64,000 nt of DNA from Octopus sinensis (lineage: Eukaryota), in NCBI RefSeq assembly GCF_006345805.1, contig NW_021824846.1, forward strand, positions 1,876 through 65,875. The letters run 5' to 3'. The notes under the pieces were generated by a model, which saw only the letters and a list, made by a program, of their open reading frames with translations, was not told the DNA's origin and did not search any database. The position numbers were made by a program, and so were the translations under genes. Every line of letters starts with the position of its first letter. The first letter of the stretch is position 1. Shown here in pieces: positions 37,601 through 51,100 of this stretch.

Positions 37601-40600
37601 AAGCTTATATTTATCCAAGAGAACACTAAAATCTCAAAAGTTTTCAGGTTAGTAAATGTCAAAATACAGCATATGTGTACTTGAAAAAGAACAAAAATTT
37701 AGTGATCTCTTAGCTGAATATAAGTTAACTGATTCATAAAAGCTTATATTTATCCAAGAGAACACTAAAATCTCAAAAGTTTTCAGGTTAGAAAATGTCA
37801 AAATATTGCATATGCGGACATGAAAAACAACAAAATTTTAATGATCTAATATATGTGTACTCGAAAAACAACAAAAAATTAGTGATCTATTAGCTAAATA
37901 TAAGTTAACTGATTGATAAAAAGCTTATATTTATCCAAGAGAACACTAAACTCTCAAAAGTTTTCAGGTTAGAAAATGTCAAAATATTGCATTTGCGTAC
38001 GTGAAAAACAACAAAAATATTAGTGATCTATTAGCTAAATGTAAGTTAATTGATTGCTAAAAAGCTTATATTTATCCAAGAGAACACTAAAATCTCAAAG
38101 TTTTCAGGTTAGAAAATGTCAAAATATGTGTACTTGAAAACAATAGAAAATTCAGTGATCTCTTAGCTAAATATAATTTAACTGATTGATAAATGCTTAT
38201 AGTTATCCAAGAGAACAGTAAAATCTCAAAAGTTTTCAGGTTAGAAAATGTGAAAATATTGCATATGCGTACTTGAAAAACAACAAAAAATTTAATGATC
38301 TAAATATACGTGTACTTGAAAACACAAAAGATTTAGTGATCTATTAGCTAATGTAAGTTAACTGATTGCTAAAAAGCTTATATTTATCCAAGAGAACACT
38401 AAAATCTCAAAAGTTTTCAGGTTAGTAAATGTCAAAATACAGCATATGTGTACTTGAAAAAGGAAAAAAAAATTAGTGATCTAAATATACGTGTACTTGA
38501 AAACATCTATTAGCTAAATATAAGTTAACTGATTGATAAAAGCTTATAGTTATCCAAGAGAACAGTAAAATCTCAAAAGTTTTCAGGTTAGAAAATGTGA
38601 AAATATTGCATATGCGTACTTGAAAAACAACAAAAATTTAATGATCTAAATATACGTGTACTTGAAAAACAACAAAAGATTTAGTGATCTATTAGCTAAA
38701 TATAAGTTAACTGATTGATAAAAAGCTTTCAGGTTACAAAAGTTTTCAGATTACAAAATCTCAAAATATGTGTACTTGAGAAACAACAGAAAATTTAGTG
38801 ATCTCTTAGCTAAATATAATTTAACTGATTGATAAAAAGCTTATATTTATCCAAGAGAACAGTAAAATCTCAAAAGTTTTCAGGTTAGAAAATGTGAAAA
38901 TATTGCATATGCGTACTTGAAAAACAACAAAAAATTTAATGATCTAAATATACGTGTACTTGAAAAACAACAAAAGATTTAATGATCTATTAGCTAAATA
39001 TAAGTTAACTGATTGATAAAAAGCTTATATTTATCGAATAGAACACTAAAATCTCAAAAGTTTTCAGGTTAGAAAATGTCAAAATATTGCATATGTGTAC
39101 TTGAAAAACAACGAATAATTTAGTGATCACTTAGCTAAATATAAGTTAACTGATTGATAAAAAGCTTATATTTATCCAAGAGAACAGTAAAATCTCAAAA
39201 GTTTTCAGGTTAGAAAATGTCAAAATTGTGTACTTGAAAAACAACAGAAAATTTAGTGATCTCTTAGCTAAATATAAGTTAACTGATTGACAAAAAGCTT
39301 ATATTTATCCAAGAGATCACTAATATCTTAAAAGTTTTCAGGTTAGTAAATGTCAAATACAGCATATGTGTACTTGAAAAAGAACAAAAATTTAATGATC
39401 TAAATATATGTGTACTTGAAAAACAACGAATAATTTAGTGATCACTTAGCTAAATATAATTTACTGATTGATAAAAAGCTTATATTAATCCAAGAGAACA
39501 CTAAAATCTCAAATTTTTCAGGTTAGAAAATGTTAAAATATGTGTACTTGAAAAACAATAGAAAATTCTGTGATCTCTTAGCTAAATATAATTTAACTGA
39601 TTGATAAAAAGCTTATAGTTATCCAAGAGAACAGTAAAATCTGAAAAGTTTTCAGGTTAGAAAATGTGAAAATATTGCATATGCGTATTTGAAAAACAAC
39701 AAAAAATTTAATGATCTAAAATACGTGTACTTGAAAAACAACAAAAGATTTAGTGATCTATTAGCTATTAAGTTAACTGATTGATAAAAAGCTTATGTTT
39801 ATCCAAGAGAACACTAAAATCTCAAAAGTTTTCAGGTTAGAAAATGTCAAAATACAGCATATGCGTACTTGAAAACACAAAAAATTTAGTGATCACTTAG
39901 CTAAATATAAGTTAACTGATTGATAAAAAGCTTATATTTATCCAAGAGAACACTAAAATCTCATAAGTTTTCAGGTTAGAAAATATCAAAATATAGCATA
40001 TGCATACTTGAAAAACAACAAAAATTTGGTGATCTCTTAGCTGAAATATAAGTTAACTGATTGATAAAAAGCTTATATGTATCCAAGAGAACACTAAAAT
40101 CTCAAAAGTTTTCAGGTTAAAAATGTCAAAATATGTGTACTTTAAAAACAACAGAAAATTTAGTGATCTCTTAGCTAAATATAAGTTAACTGATGGATAA
40201 AAAGCTTATATTTATCCAGAGAACACTAAAATCTCAAAAGTTTTCAGGTTAGTAAATGTCAAAATACAGCATATGTGTACTTGAAAAAGGAAAAAAAAAT
40301 TTAGTGATCTCTTAGCTGAATATAAGTTAACTGATTGATAAAAAGCTTATATGTATCCAAGAGAACACTAAAATCTCAAAAGTTTTCAGGTAGTAATGTC
40401 AAATATTGCATATGCGGACATGAAAAACAACAAAATTTAATGATCTAATTATATGTGTACTCGAAAAAACACAAAAAATTTAGTGATCTATTAGCTAAAT
40501 ATAATTTAACTGATTGATAAAAAGCTTATAGTTTATCCAAGAGAACAGTAAAATCTCAAAAGTTTTCAGGTTAGAAAATGTGAAAATATTGCATATGCGT

Positions 40601-41902
40601 ACTTGAAAAACAACAAAAAATTAATGATCTAAATATACGTGTACTTGAAAAACAACAAAAGATTTAGTGATCTATTAGCTAAATATGAGTTAACTGATTG
40701 ATAAAAAGCTTTCAGGTTACAAAAGTTTTCAGGTTACAAAATGTCAAAATATGTGTACTTGAAACAACAGAAAATTTAGTGATCTCTTAGCTAAATATAA
40801 TTTAACTGATTGATAAAAAGCTTATATTTATCCAAGAGAACACTTAAATCTCAAAAGTTTTCAGGTTAGAAAATGTCAAAATATTGCATATGCGTACTTG
40901 AAAACAACAAAAAATTTAGTGATCTCTTAGCTGAATGTAAGTTAACTGATTGATAAAAAGCTTATATAAATCCAAGAGAACACTAAAATCTCAAAAGTTT
41001 TCAGGTTAGAAAATGTCAAAATATTGAATTCGCGTACTTGAAAACAACAAAAAATTTAGTGATCTCTTAGCTAAATATAAGTTAACTGATTGACAAAAAG
41101 CTTATATTTATCCAAGAGATCACTAATATCTTAAAAGTTTTCAGGTTAGTAAATGTCAAAATACAGCATATGTGTACTTGAAAAAGAACAAAAAATTTAT
41201 GATCTAAATATATGTGTACTTGAAAAACAACGAATAATTTAGTGATCACTTAGCTAAATATAAGTTTACTGATTGATAAAAAGCTTATATTAATCCAAGA
41301 GAACACTAAAATCTCAAAAGTTTTCAGGTTAGAAATGTTAAAATATGTGTACTTGAAAAACAATAGAAAATTCAGTGATCTCTTAGCTAAATATAATTTA
41401 ACTGATTGATAAAAGCTTATAGTTATCCAAGAGAACAGTAAAATCTGAAAAGTTTTCAGGTTAGAAATGTGAAAATATTGCATATGCGTATTTGAAAACC
41501 AAAAAATTTAATGATCTAAAAATACGTGTACTTGAAAACAACAAAAGATTTAGTGATCTATTAGCTAAATATAAGTTAACTGATTGATAAAAAGCTTATG
41601 TTTATCCAAGAGAACACTAAAATCTCAAAAGTTTTCAGGTTAGAAATGTCAAAATACAGCATATGCGTACTTGAAAAACAACAAAAAATTAGTGATCACT
41701 TAGCTAAATATAAGTTAACTGATTGATAAAAAGCTTATATTTATCCAAGAGAACACTAAAATCTCATAAGTTTTCAGGTTAGAAAATATCAAAATATAGC
41801 ATATGCATACTTGAAAAACAACAAAAATTTGGTGATCTCTTAGCTGAATATAGTTAACTGATTGATAAAAAGCTTATATGTATCCAAGAGAACACTAAAA
41901 TC

Positions 41903-42175
41903 GGGCACGTTTGGGCGGCGGAGCAAAGGGCGAACGCGCTAGCCGCAGTTTGCCATCTTTCGGGTTTTTACGGGACGGACCGCGTCGCCGTATCGACGGC
42001 GTGCATCTCGTGAACGCCCTTCCGACATCGGTGGCGGCTACGTCCACGCGTCCGTGGGCCGTACCGCGAGCGTGGGTTCGTTCTTTCGGTTTTCGGTACG
42101 GTAGCGCGGGCGGAGGAACGGGCGACAGGCGCGGGCCTGCCGCCAACGGCCCCGCGGCTCGCGGACGAACGGGAG
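41903..42175. other. 273-bp GC-rich foreign insert in the satellite (origin unknown, possibly rDNA spacer/expansion segment)
   Basis: Abrupt GC/CpG-rich, hairpin-rich block replacing ~28 bp of a monomer. No TSD. Confidence 0.85.
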
Positions 42176-45100
42176 AAATATGTGTACTTTAAAACAACAG
42201 AAAATTTAGTGATCTCTTAGCTAAATATAAGTTAACTGATGGAAAGAAAGCTTATATTTATCCAAGAGAACACTAAAATCTCAAAAGTTTTCAGGTTAGT
42301 AAATGTCAAAATACAGCATATGTGTACTTGAAAAAGGAAAAAAAATTTAGTGATCTCTTAGCTGAATATAAGTTAACTGATTGATAAAAAGCTTATATGT
42401 ATCCAAGAGAACACTAAATCTCAAAAGTTTTCAGGTTAGTAAATGTCAAAATATTGCATATGCGGACATGAAAAACAACAAAATATTTAATGATCTAATA
42501 TATGTGTACTCGAAAAACAACAAAAAATTTAGTGATCTATTAGCTAAATATAATTTAACTGATTGATAAAAGCTTATAGTTATCCAAGAACAGTAAATCT
42601 CAAAAGTTTTCAGGTTAGAAAAGTGAAAATATTGCATATGCGTACTTGAAAAACAACAAAAATTTAATGATCTAAATATACGTGTACTTGAAAAACAACA
42701 AAAGATTTAGTGATCTATTAGCTAAATATAAGTTAACTGATTGATAAAAAGCTTTCAGGTTACAAAAGTTTTCAGGTTACAAAATGTCAAAATATGTGTA
42801 CTTGAGAAACAACAAAAAATTTAGTGATCTCTTAGCTAAATATAATTTAACTGATTGATAAAAAGCTTATATTTATCCAAGAGAACACTTAAATCTCAAA
42901 AGTTTTCAGGTTAGAAAATGTCAAAATATTGCATATGCGTACTTGAAAAACAACAAAAAATTTAGTGATCTCTTAGCTGAATGTAAGTTAACTGATTGAT
43001 AAAAAGCTTATATAAATCCAAGAGAACACTAAAATCTCAAAAGTTTTCAGGTTAGAAAATGTCAAAATATTGAATTCGCGTACTTGAAAAACAACAAAAA
43101 ATTTAGTGATCTATTAGCTAAATGTAAGTTAACTGATTGCTAAAAAGCTTATATTTATCCAAGAGAACACTAAAATCTCAAAAGTTTTCAGGTTAGAAAA
43201 TGTCAAAATATTGCATTTGCGTACTTGAAAAACAACAAAAAATTTAGTGATCTCTTAGCTAAATATAATTTAACTGATTGATAAAAAGCTTATATTTATC
43301 CTAGAGAACACTAAACTCTCAATAGTTTTCAGGTTAGAAAATGTCAAAATATTGCATATGCGTATTTGAAAAACAACAAAAAATTTAGTGATCTCTTAGC
43401 TAAAGATAAGTTAACGGATGGATAAAAAGCTTATAGTTATCCAAGAGAACAGCAAAATCTCAAAAGTTTTCAGGTTAGAAAATGTGAAAATATTGCATAT
43501 GCGTACTAAATATAAGTTAACTAATTGCTAAGAAGCTTATATTTATCCAAGAGAACACTAAAATCTCAAAGTTTTCAGGTTAGAAAATGTTAAAATATTG
43601 CATATGTGTACTTGAAAACAACGAATAATTTAGTGATCACTTAGCTAAATATAAGTTACTGATTGATAAAAGCTTATATTTATCCAAGAGAACACTAAAA
43701 TCTCAAAAGTTTTCAGGTTAGAAAATGTCAAAATATAGCATATGTACTTGAAAAACAACAAAAAATTTAGTGATCACTTAGCTAAATATAAGTTAACTGA
43801 TTGATAAAAAGCTCATATTTATCCAAGAGAACACTAAAATCTCAAAAGTTTTCAGGTTAGAAATATCAAATATAGCATATGCGTACTTGAAAAACAACAA
43901 AAAATTTAGTGATCTCTTAGCTGAATATAAGTTAACTGATTGATAAAAAGCTTATATATCCAAGAGACACAAAATCTCAAAAGTTTTCAGGTTAGAAAAT
44001 GTCAAATATGTGTACTTGAAAAACAATAGAATTCAGTGATCTCTTAGCTAAATATAAGTTAACTGATTGATAAAAGCTTATATTTATCCAAGAGAACACT
44101 AAACTCTCAAAAGTTTTCAGGTTAGAAAATGTCAAATATTGCATTTGCGTACTTGAAAAACCAAAATTTTAGTGATCTATTAGCTAAATGTAAGTTAACT
44201 GATTACTAAAAAGCTTATATTTATCCAAGAGAACACTAAAATCTCAAAAGTTTTCAGGTTAGAAAATGTCAAAATATGTGTACTTGAAAACAATAGAAAA
44301 TTCAGTGATCTCTTAGCTAAATATAATTTAACTGATTGATAAAAGCTTATAGTTATCCAAGAGAAAGTAAAATCTCAAAAGTTTTCAGGTTAGAAAATGT
44401 GAAAATATTGCATATGCGTACTTGAAAAACAACAAAAACTTTAATGATCTAAATATACGTGTACTTGAAAAACAACAAAGATCTAATGATCTATTAGCTA
44501 ATATAAGTTAACTGATTGATAAAAAGCTTATATTTATCGAATAGAACACTAAAATCTCAAAAGTTTTCAGGTTAGAAAATGTCAAAATATGCATATGTGT
44601 ACTTGAAAAACAACGAATAATTTAGTGATCACTTAGCTAAATATAAGTTAACTGATTGATAAAAAGCTTATATTTATCCAAGAGAACAGTAAAATCTCAA
44701 AAGTTTTCAGGTTAGAAAATGTCAAAATATGTGTACTTGAAAAACAACAGAAAATTTAGTGATCTCTTAGCTAAATATAAGTTAAACTGATTGACAAAAG
44801 CTTATATTTATCCAAGAGATCACTAATATCTCAAAAGTTTTCAGGTTAGAAAATGTCAAAATATTGCATATGCTACTTGAAAAACAAAAAATTTAGTCAT
44901 CTCTTAGCTAAATATAATTTAACTGATTGATAAAAAGCTTATATTTATCCAAGAGAACACTAAAATCTCAAAAGTTTTCAGGTTAGTAAATGTTAAAATA
45001 CAGCATATGTGTACTTGAAAAAGAACAAAAAATTTAATGATCTAAATATATGTGTACTTGAAAAACAACGAATAATTTAGTGATCACTTAGCTAAATATA

Positions 45101-48100
45101 AGTTACTGATTGATAAAAAGCTTATATTTATCCAAGAGAACACTAAAATCTCAAAAGTTTTCAGGTTAGAAAATGTTAAAATATGTATACTTGAAAAACA
45201 ATAGAAAATTTAGTGATCTCTTAGCTAAATATAATTAACTGATTGATAAAAAGCTTATAGTTATCCAAGAGAACAGTAAAATCTCAAAAGTTTTCAGGTT
45301 AGAAATGTGAAAATATTGCATATGCGTATTTGAAAAAACAACAAAAAATTAATGATCTAAATATACGTGTACTTGAAAAACAACAAAAGATTTAGTGATC
45401 TATTAGCTAAATATAAGTCCTGATTGATAAAAAGCTTATATTTATCCAAGAGAACACTAAATCTCAAAGGTTTTCAGGTTAGAAAATATCAAAAATATAG
45501 CATATGCATACTGAAAAACAACAAAATTTAGTGATCTCTTAGCTGAATATAAGTTAACTGATTGATAAAAAGCTTATATGTTCCAAGAGAACACTAAAAT
45601 CTCAAAAGTTTTCAGGTTAGAAAATGTCAAAATACAGCATTGCGTACTTGAAAAACAACAAAAATTTAGTGATCACTTAGCTAAATATAAGTTAACTGAT
45701 TGATAAAAAGCTTATATTTATCCAAGAGAACACTAAAATCTCAAGGTTTTCAGGTTAGAAAATATCAAAATATAGCATATGCATACTTGAAAAACAACAA
45801 AAATTTGGTGATCTCTTAGCTTATAAGTTAACTGATTGATAAAAAGCTTATATGTATCCAAGAGAACACTAAAATCTCAAAGTTTTCATGTTAGAAAATG
45901 TCAAAATATTGCATTTGCGTACTTGAAAAACAACAAAAATTTTAGTGATCTCTTAGCTAAATATAAGTTAACTAATTGCTAAAAAGCTTATATTATCCAA
46001 GAGAACACTAAAATCTCAAAAGTTTTCAGGTTAGAAAATGTTAAAATATTGCATATGTGTACTTGAAAAACAACGAATAATTTTAGTGATCACTTAGCTA
46101 AATATAAGTTAACTGATTGATAAAAGCTTATATTTATCCAAGAGAACACTAAAATCTCAAAAGTTTTCAGGTTAGAAAATGTCAAAATATAGCATATGCG
46201 TACTTGAAAAACAACAAAAAATTTAGTGATCACTTAGCTAAATATAAGTTAACTGATTGATAAAAAGCTTATATTTATCCAAGAGAACACTAAAATCTCA
46301 AAAGTTTCAGGTTAGAAAATCAAAATATAGCATATGCGTACTTGAAAAACACAAAAAATTTTAGTGATCTCTTAGCTGAATATAAGTTAACTGATTGATA
46401 AAAGCTTATATATATCCAAGAGAACACTAAAATCTCAAAAGTTTTCAGTTAGAAAATGTCAAATATGTGTACTTGAAAAACAATAGAAAATTCAGTGATC
46501 TCTTAGCTAAATATAAGTTAACTGATTGATAAAAGCTTATATTTATCCAAGAGAACACTAAACTCTCAAAGTTTTCAGGTTAGAAAATGTCAAAATATTG
46601 CATGTGTACTTGAAAAACAACGAATAATTTAGTGATCACTTAGCTAAATATAAGTTAACTGATTGATAAAAAGCTTATATTTCCCAAGAGAACACTAAAT
46701 GTCAAAAGTTTTCAGGTTAGAATATGTCAAATATTGCATATGCGTACTTAAAAAACAACAAGAAATTTAGTGATCTCTTAGCTAAATATAAGTTTATTGA
46801 TTTTAAAAAAGCTTACTAAATACTAAAATACTAAAATCTCAAAATTTTCAGGTTAGAAAATGTCAAAATATTGCATATGCGGACATGAAAAACAACAAAA
46901 TATTTAATGATCTAAATATATGTGTACTCGAAAAACAACAAAAAATTTAGTGATCTATTAGCTAAATATAAGTTAACTGATTGATAAAAAGCTTATATTT
47001 ATCCAAGAGAACACTAAAATCTCAAAAGTTTTCAGGTTAGTAAATGTCAAAAGTTTTCAGGTTAGAAAATGTCAAAATATGTGTACTTGAAAAACAACAG
47101 AAAATTTAGTGATCTCTTAGCTAAATATAAGTTTACTGATTGATAAAAAGCTTATATTTATCCAAGAGAACACTAAAATCTCAAAGTTTTCAGGTTAGTA
47201 AATGTCAAAAACAGTATACATGTTACTTGAAAAAGAATAAAAATTTAGTGATCTCTTAGCTAAATATACGTTTATTGATTGATAAAAAGCTTATATTTAT
47301 ACGATAAAAAGCTTATATTTATATGTGTACTTGAAAAACAAAATATTTATGATCTAAATATATGTGTACTCGAAAACAACAAAAAATGAGTGATCTCTTC
47401 GCTAAATATAAGTTTATTAATTGATAAAAAGCTTATATTTATCCAAGAGGACACTAAATCTCAAAATTTTCAGGTTGGAAAATGTCAAATATGTGTACTT
47501 GAAAAACAACAGAAATTTAGTGATCTCTTAGCTATATAAGTTAACTGATTGATAAAAAGCTTATATTTATCCAAGAGAAAAACTAAAATCTCAAAAGTTT
47601 TCAGGTTAGAAAATGTCAAAATATGCATATGCGTACTTGAAAAACAACAAAAATTTAGTGATCCCTTAGAAAAATATAAGTTAACTGATTGATAAAAAGC
47701 TTATATTTATCCAAGAGAACACTAAACTCTCAAAAGTTTTCAGGTTAGAAAATGTCAAAATATTGCATATGCGTTCTTGAAAACAACAAAAATTTAGTGA
47801 TCTCTGAGCTAAATATATATTAACTGATTGATAAAAGCTTATATATATTCAAGAGAACACTAAAATCTCAAAAGTTTTCAGGTTACAAAATGTCAAATAT
47901 GTGTACTTTAGAAACAACAGAAAATTTAGTGATCTCTTAGCTAATATATTTAACTGATTGATAAAAAGCTTATATTTATGCAAGAGAACACTTAAATCTC
48001 AAAAGTTTTCAGGTTAGAAAATGTCAAAATATTGCATATGCGTACTTGAAAAACAACAAAATTTAGTGATCTCTTAGCTAAATATAAGTTTATTGATTTT

Positions 48101-51100
48101 TAAAAAGCTTATATTATCCAAGAGAACACTAAAATCTCAAAAGTTTTCAGGTTAGAAAATGTCAAAATATGTGTCCTTGAAAACAACAGAAAATTTAGTG
48201 ATCTCTTAGCTAGATATAAGTTAACTGATGGATAAAATGCTTATATTTATCCAAGAGAACACTAAAATCTCAAAAGTTTTCAGGTTAGAAAATGTGAAAA
48301 TATGTGTACTTGAAAAACAACACAAAATTAGTGATCTCTTAGCTAAATATAAGTTAACTGATTGATAAAAAGCTTATATTTATCCAAGAGATCACTAATA
48401 TCTCAAAAGTTTTCAGAATACAAAATGTCAAATATTGTATATGTGCAATTGAAAAACAACAAAAATTTGTGAGCTCCTAGCAAAATATAAGTTAACTGAT
48501 TGATAAAAAGCTTATATCCAAGAGAACACTAAAATCTCAAAGGTTTTCAGGTTAGAAATGTCAAATATTGCATATGCGTACCTGAAAACAACAAAAAATT
48601 TAGTGATCGCTTAGCTAAATATAAGTTAACTGATTGATAAGAAGCTTATATATATTCAAGAGAACACTAAAATCTTGAAAGTTTTCAGGTTACAAAATGT
48701 CAAAATATGTGTACTTGAGAAACAACAGAAATTTAGTGATCTATTAGCTAAATATAAGTTAACTGATTGATAAAAAGCTTATATTTATCCAAGAGAACAC
48801 TAAAATCTCAAAAGTTTTCAGGTTAGTAAAGGTCAAAATACAGCATATGTGTACTTGAAAAAGAACAAAAAATTTAGTGATCTCTTAGCTGAATATAAGT
48901 TAACTGATGGATAAAAAGCTTATCCAAGAGAACACTAAAATCTCAAAAGTTTTCAGGTTAGAAAATGTCAAATACAGCATATGTGTACTTGAAAAAGACA
49001 AAAAATTTAGTGATCTCTTAGCTGAATATAAGTTAACTGATTGATAAACTTATATTTATCCAAGAGAACACTAAAATCTCAAAAGTTTTCAGGTTAGAAA
49101 ATGTCAAATATTGCATATGCGGACATGAAAAACAACAAATATTTAATGATAAATATATGTGTACTCGAAAAACAAAAAATTTAGTGATCTATTAGCTAAA
49201 TATAATTTAACTGATTGATAAAAAGCTTATAGTTATCCAAGAGAACAGTAAAATCTCAAAAGTTTTCAGGTTAGAAAATGTGAAAATATTGCATATGTGT
49301 ACTTGAAAAACACAAAAAAATTTAATGATCTAAATATACGTGTACTTGAAAAACAACAAAAGATTTAGTGATCTATTAGCTAAATGTAAGTTAACTGATT
49401 GCTAAAAAGCTTATATTTATCCAAGAGAACACTAAAATCTCAAATTTTCAGGTTAGTAAATGTCAAAATACAGCATATGTGTACTTGAAAAAGGAAAAAA
49501 AAATTTAGTGATCTAAATATACGTGTACTTGAAAAACAACAAAAGATTTAGTGATATATTAGCTAAATATAAGTTAACTGATTGATAAAAAGCTTATAGT
49601 TATCCAAGAGAACACTAAAATCTCAAAAGTTTTCAGGTTAGAAAATGTGAAAATATTGCATATGCGTACTTGAAAAACAACAAAAAATTTAATGATCTAA
49701 ATATACGTGTACTTGAAAAACAACAAAAGATTTAGTGATCTATTAGCTAAATATAAGTTAACTGATTGATAAAAAGCTTATATTTATCCAAGAGAACACT
49801 TAAATCTCAAAAGTTTTCAGATTTAAATGTCAAAATATTGCATATGCGTACTTGAAAAACAACAAAAAATTTAGTGATCTCTTAGCTAAATATAATTTAA
49901 CTGATTGATAAAAAGCTTATATTTATCCTAGAGAACACTAAACTCTCAATAGTTTTCAGGTTAGAAATTGTCAAAATATTGCATTTGCGTACTTGAAAAA
50001 CAACAAAATTTTAGTGATGTCTTAGCTAAATATAATTTAACTGATTGATAAAAGCTTATATTTATCCAAGAGAACACTAAAATCTCAAAAGTTTTCAGGT
50101 TAGAATATGTCAAAATATTGCATATGCGTACTTAAAACAACAAAAAATTTAGTGATCTCTTAGCTAAATATATTTAACTGATTGATAAAAAGCTTATATT
50201 TATCCTAGAGAACACTAAACTCTCAATAGTTTTCAGGTTAGAAATTGTCAAAATATTGCATTTGCGTACTTGAAAAACAACAAAAATTTTAGTGATCTCT
50301 TAGCTAAATATAATTTAACTGATTGATAAAAAGCTTATATTTATCCAAGAGAACACTAAAATCTCAAAAGTTTTCAGGTTAGAATATGTCAAAATATTGC
50401 ATATGCGTACTTAAAAAACAACAAAAAATTTAGTGATCTCTTAGCTAAATATAAGTTTATTGATTTTTAAAAAGCTTATATTTATCCAAGAGAATACTAA
50501 AATCTCAAAAGTTTTCAGGTTAGAAAATGTCAAAATATGTGTACTTTAAAAACAACAGAAAATTTAGTGATCTCTTAGCTAAATATAAGTTAACTGATGG
50601 CTAAAAAGCTTATATTTATCCAAGAGAACACTAAAATCTCAAAAGTTTTCAGGTTAGTAATGTCAAAATACAGCATATGTGTACTTGAAAAAGAACAAAA
50701 ATTTAGTGATCTCTTAGCTGAATATAAGTTAACTGATTCATAAAAAGCTTATATTTATCCAAGAGAACACTAAAATCTCAAAAGTTTTCAGGTTAGAAAA
50801 TGTCAAAATATTGCATATGCGGACATGAAAACAACAAAATATTTAATGATCTAAATATATGTGTACTCGAAAAACAACAAAAATTTAGTGATCTATTAGC
50901 TAAATATAAGTTAACTGATTGATAAAAAGCTTTATTTATCCAAGAGAACACTAAACTCTCAAAAGTTTTCAGGTTAGAAAATGTCAAAATATTGCATTTG
51001 CGTACGTGAAAAACAACAAAAATATTAGTGATCTATTAGCTAAATGTAAGTTAATTGATTGCTAAAAAGCTTATATTTATCCAAGAGAACACTAAAATCT

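Noticed and set aside
41903-42175. Annotation of the insert as rRNA
   Set aside because: No conserved 18S/5.8S/28S motif recognised; rDNA origin rests only on composition and structure.
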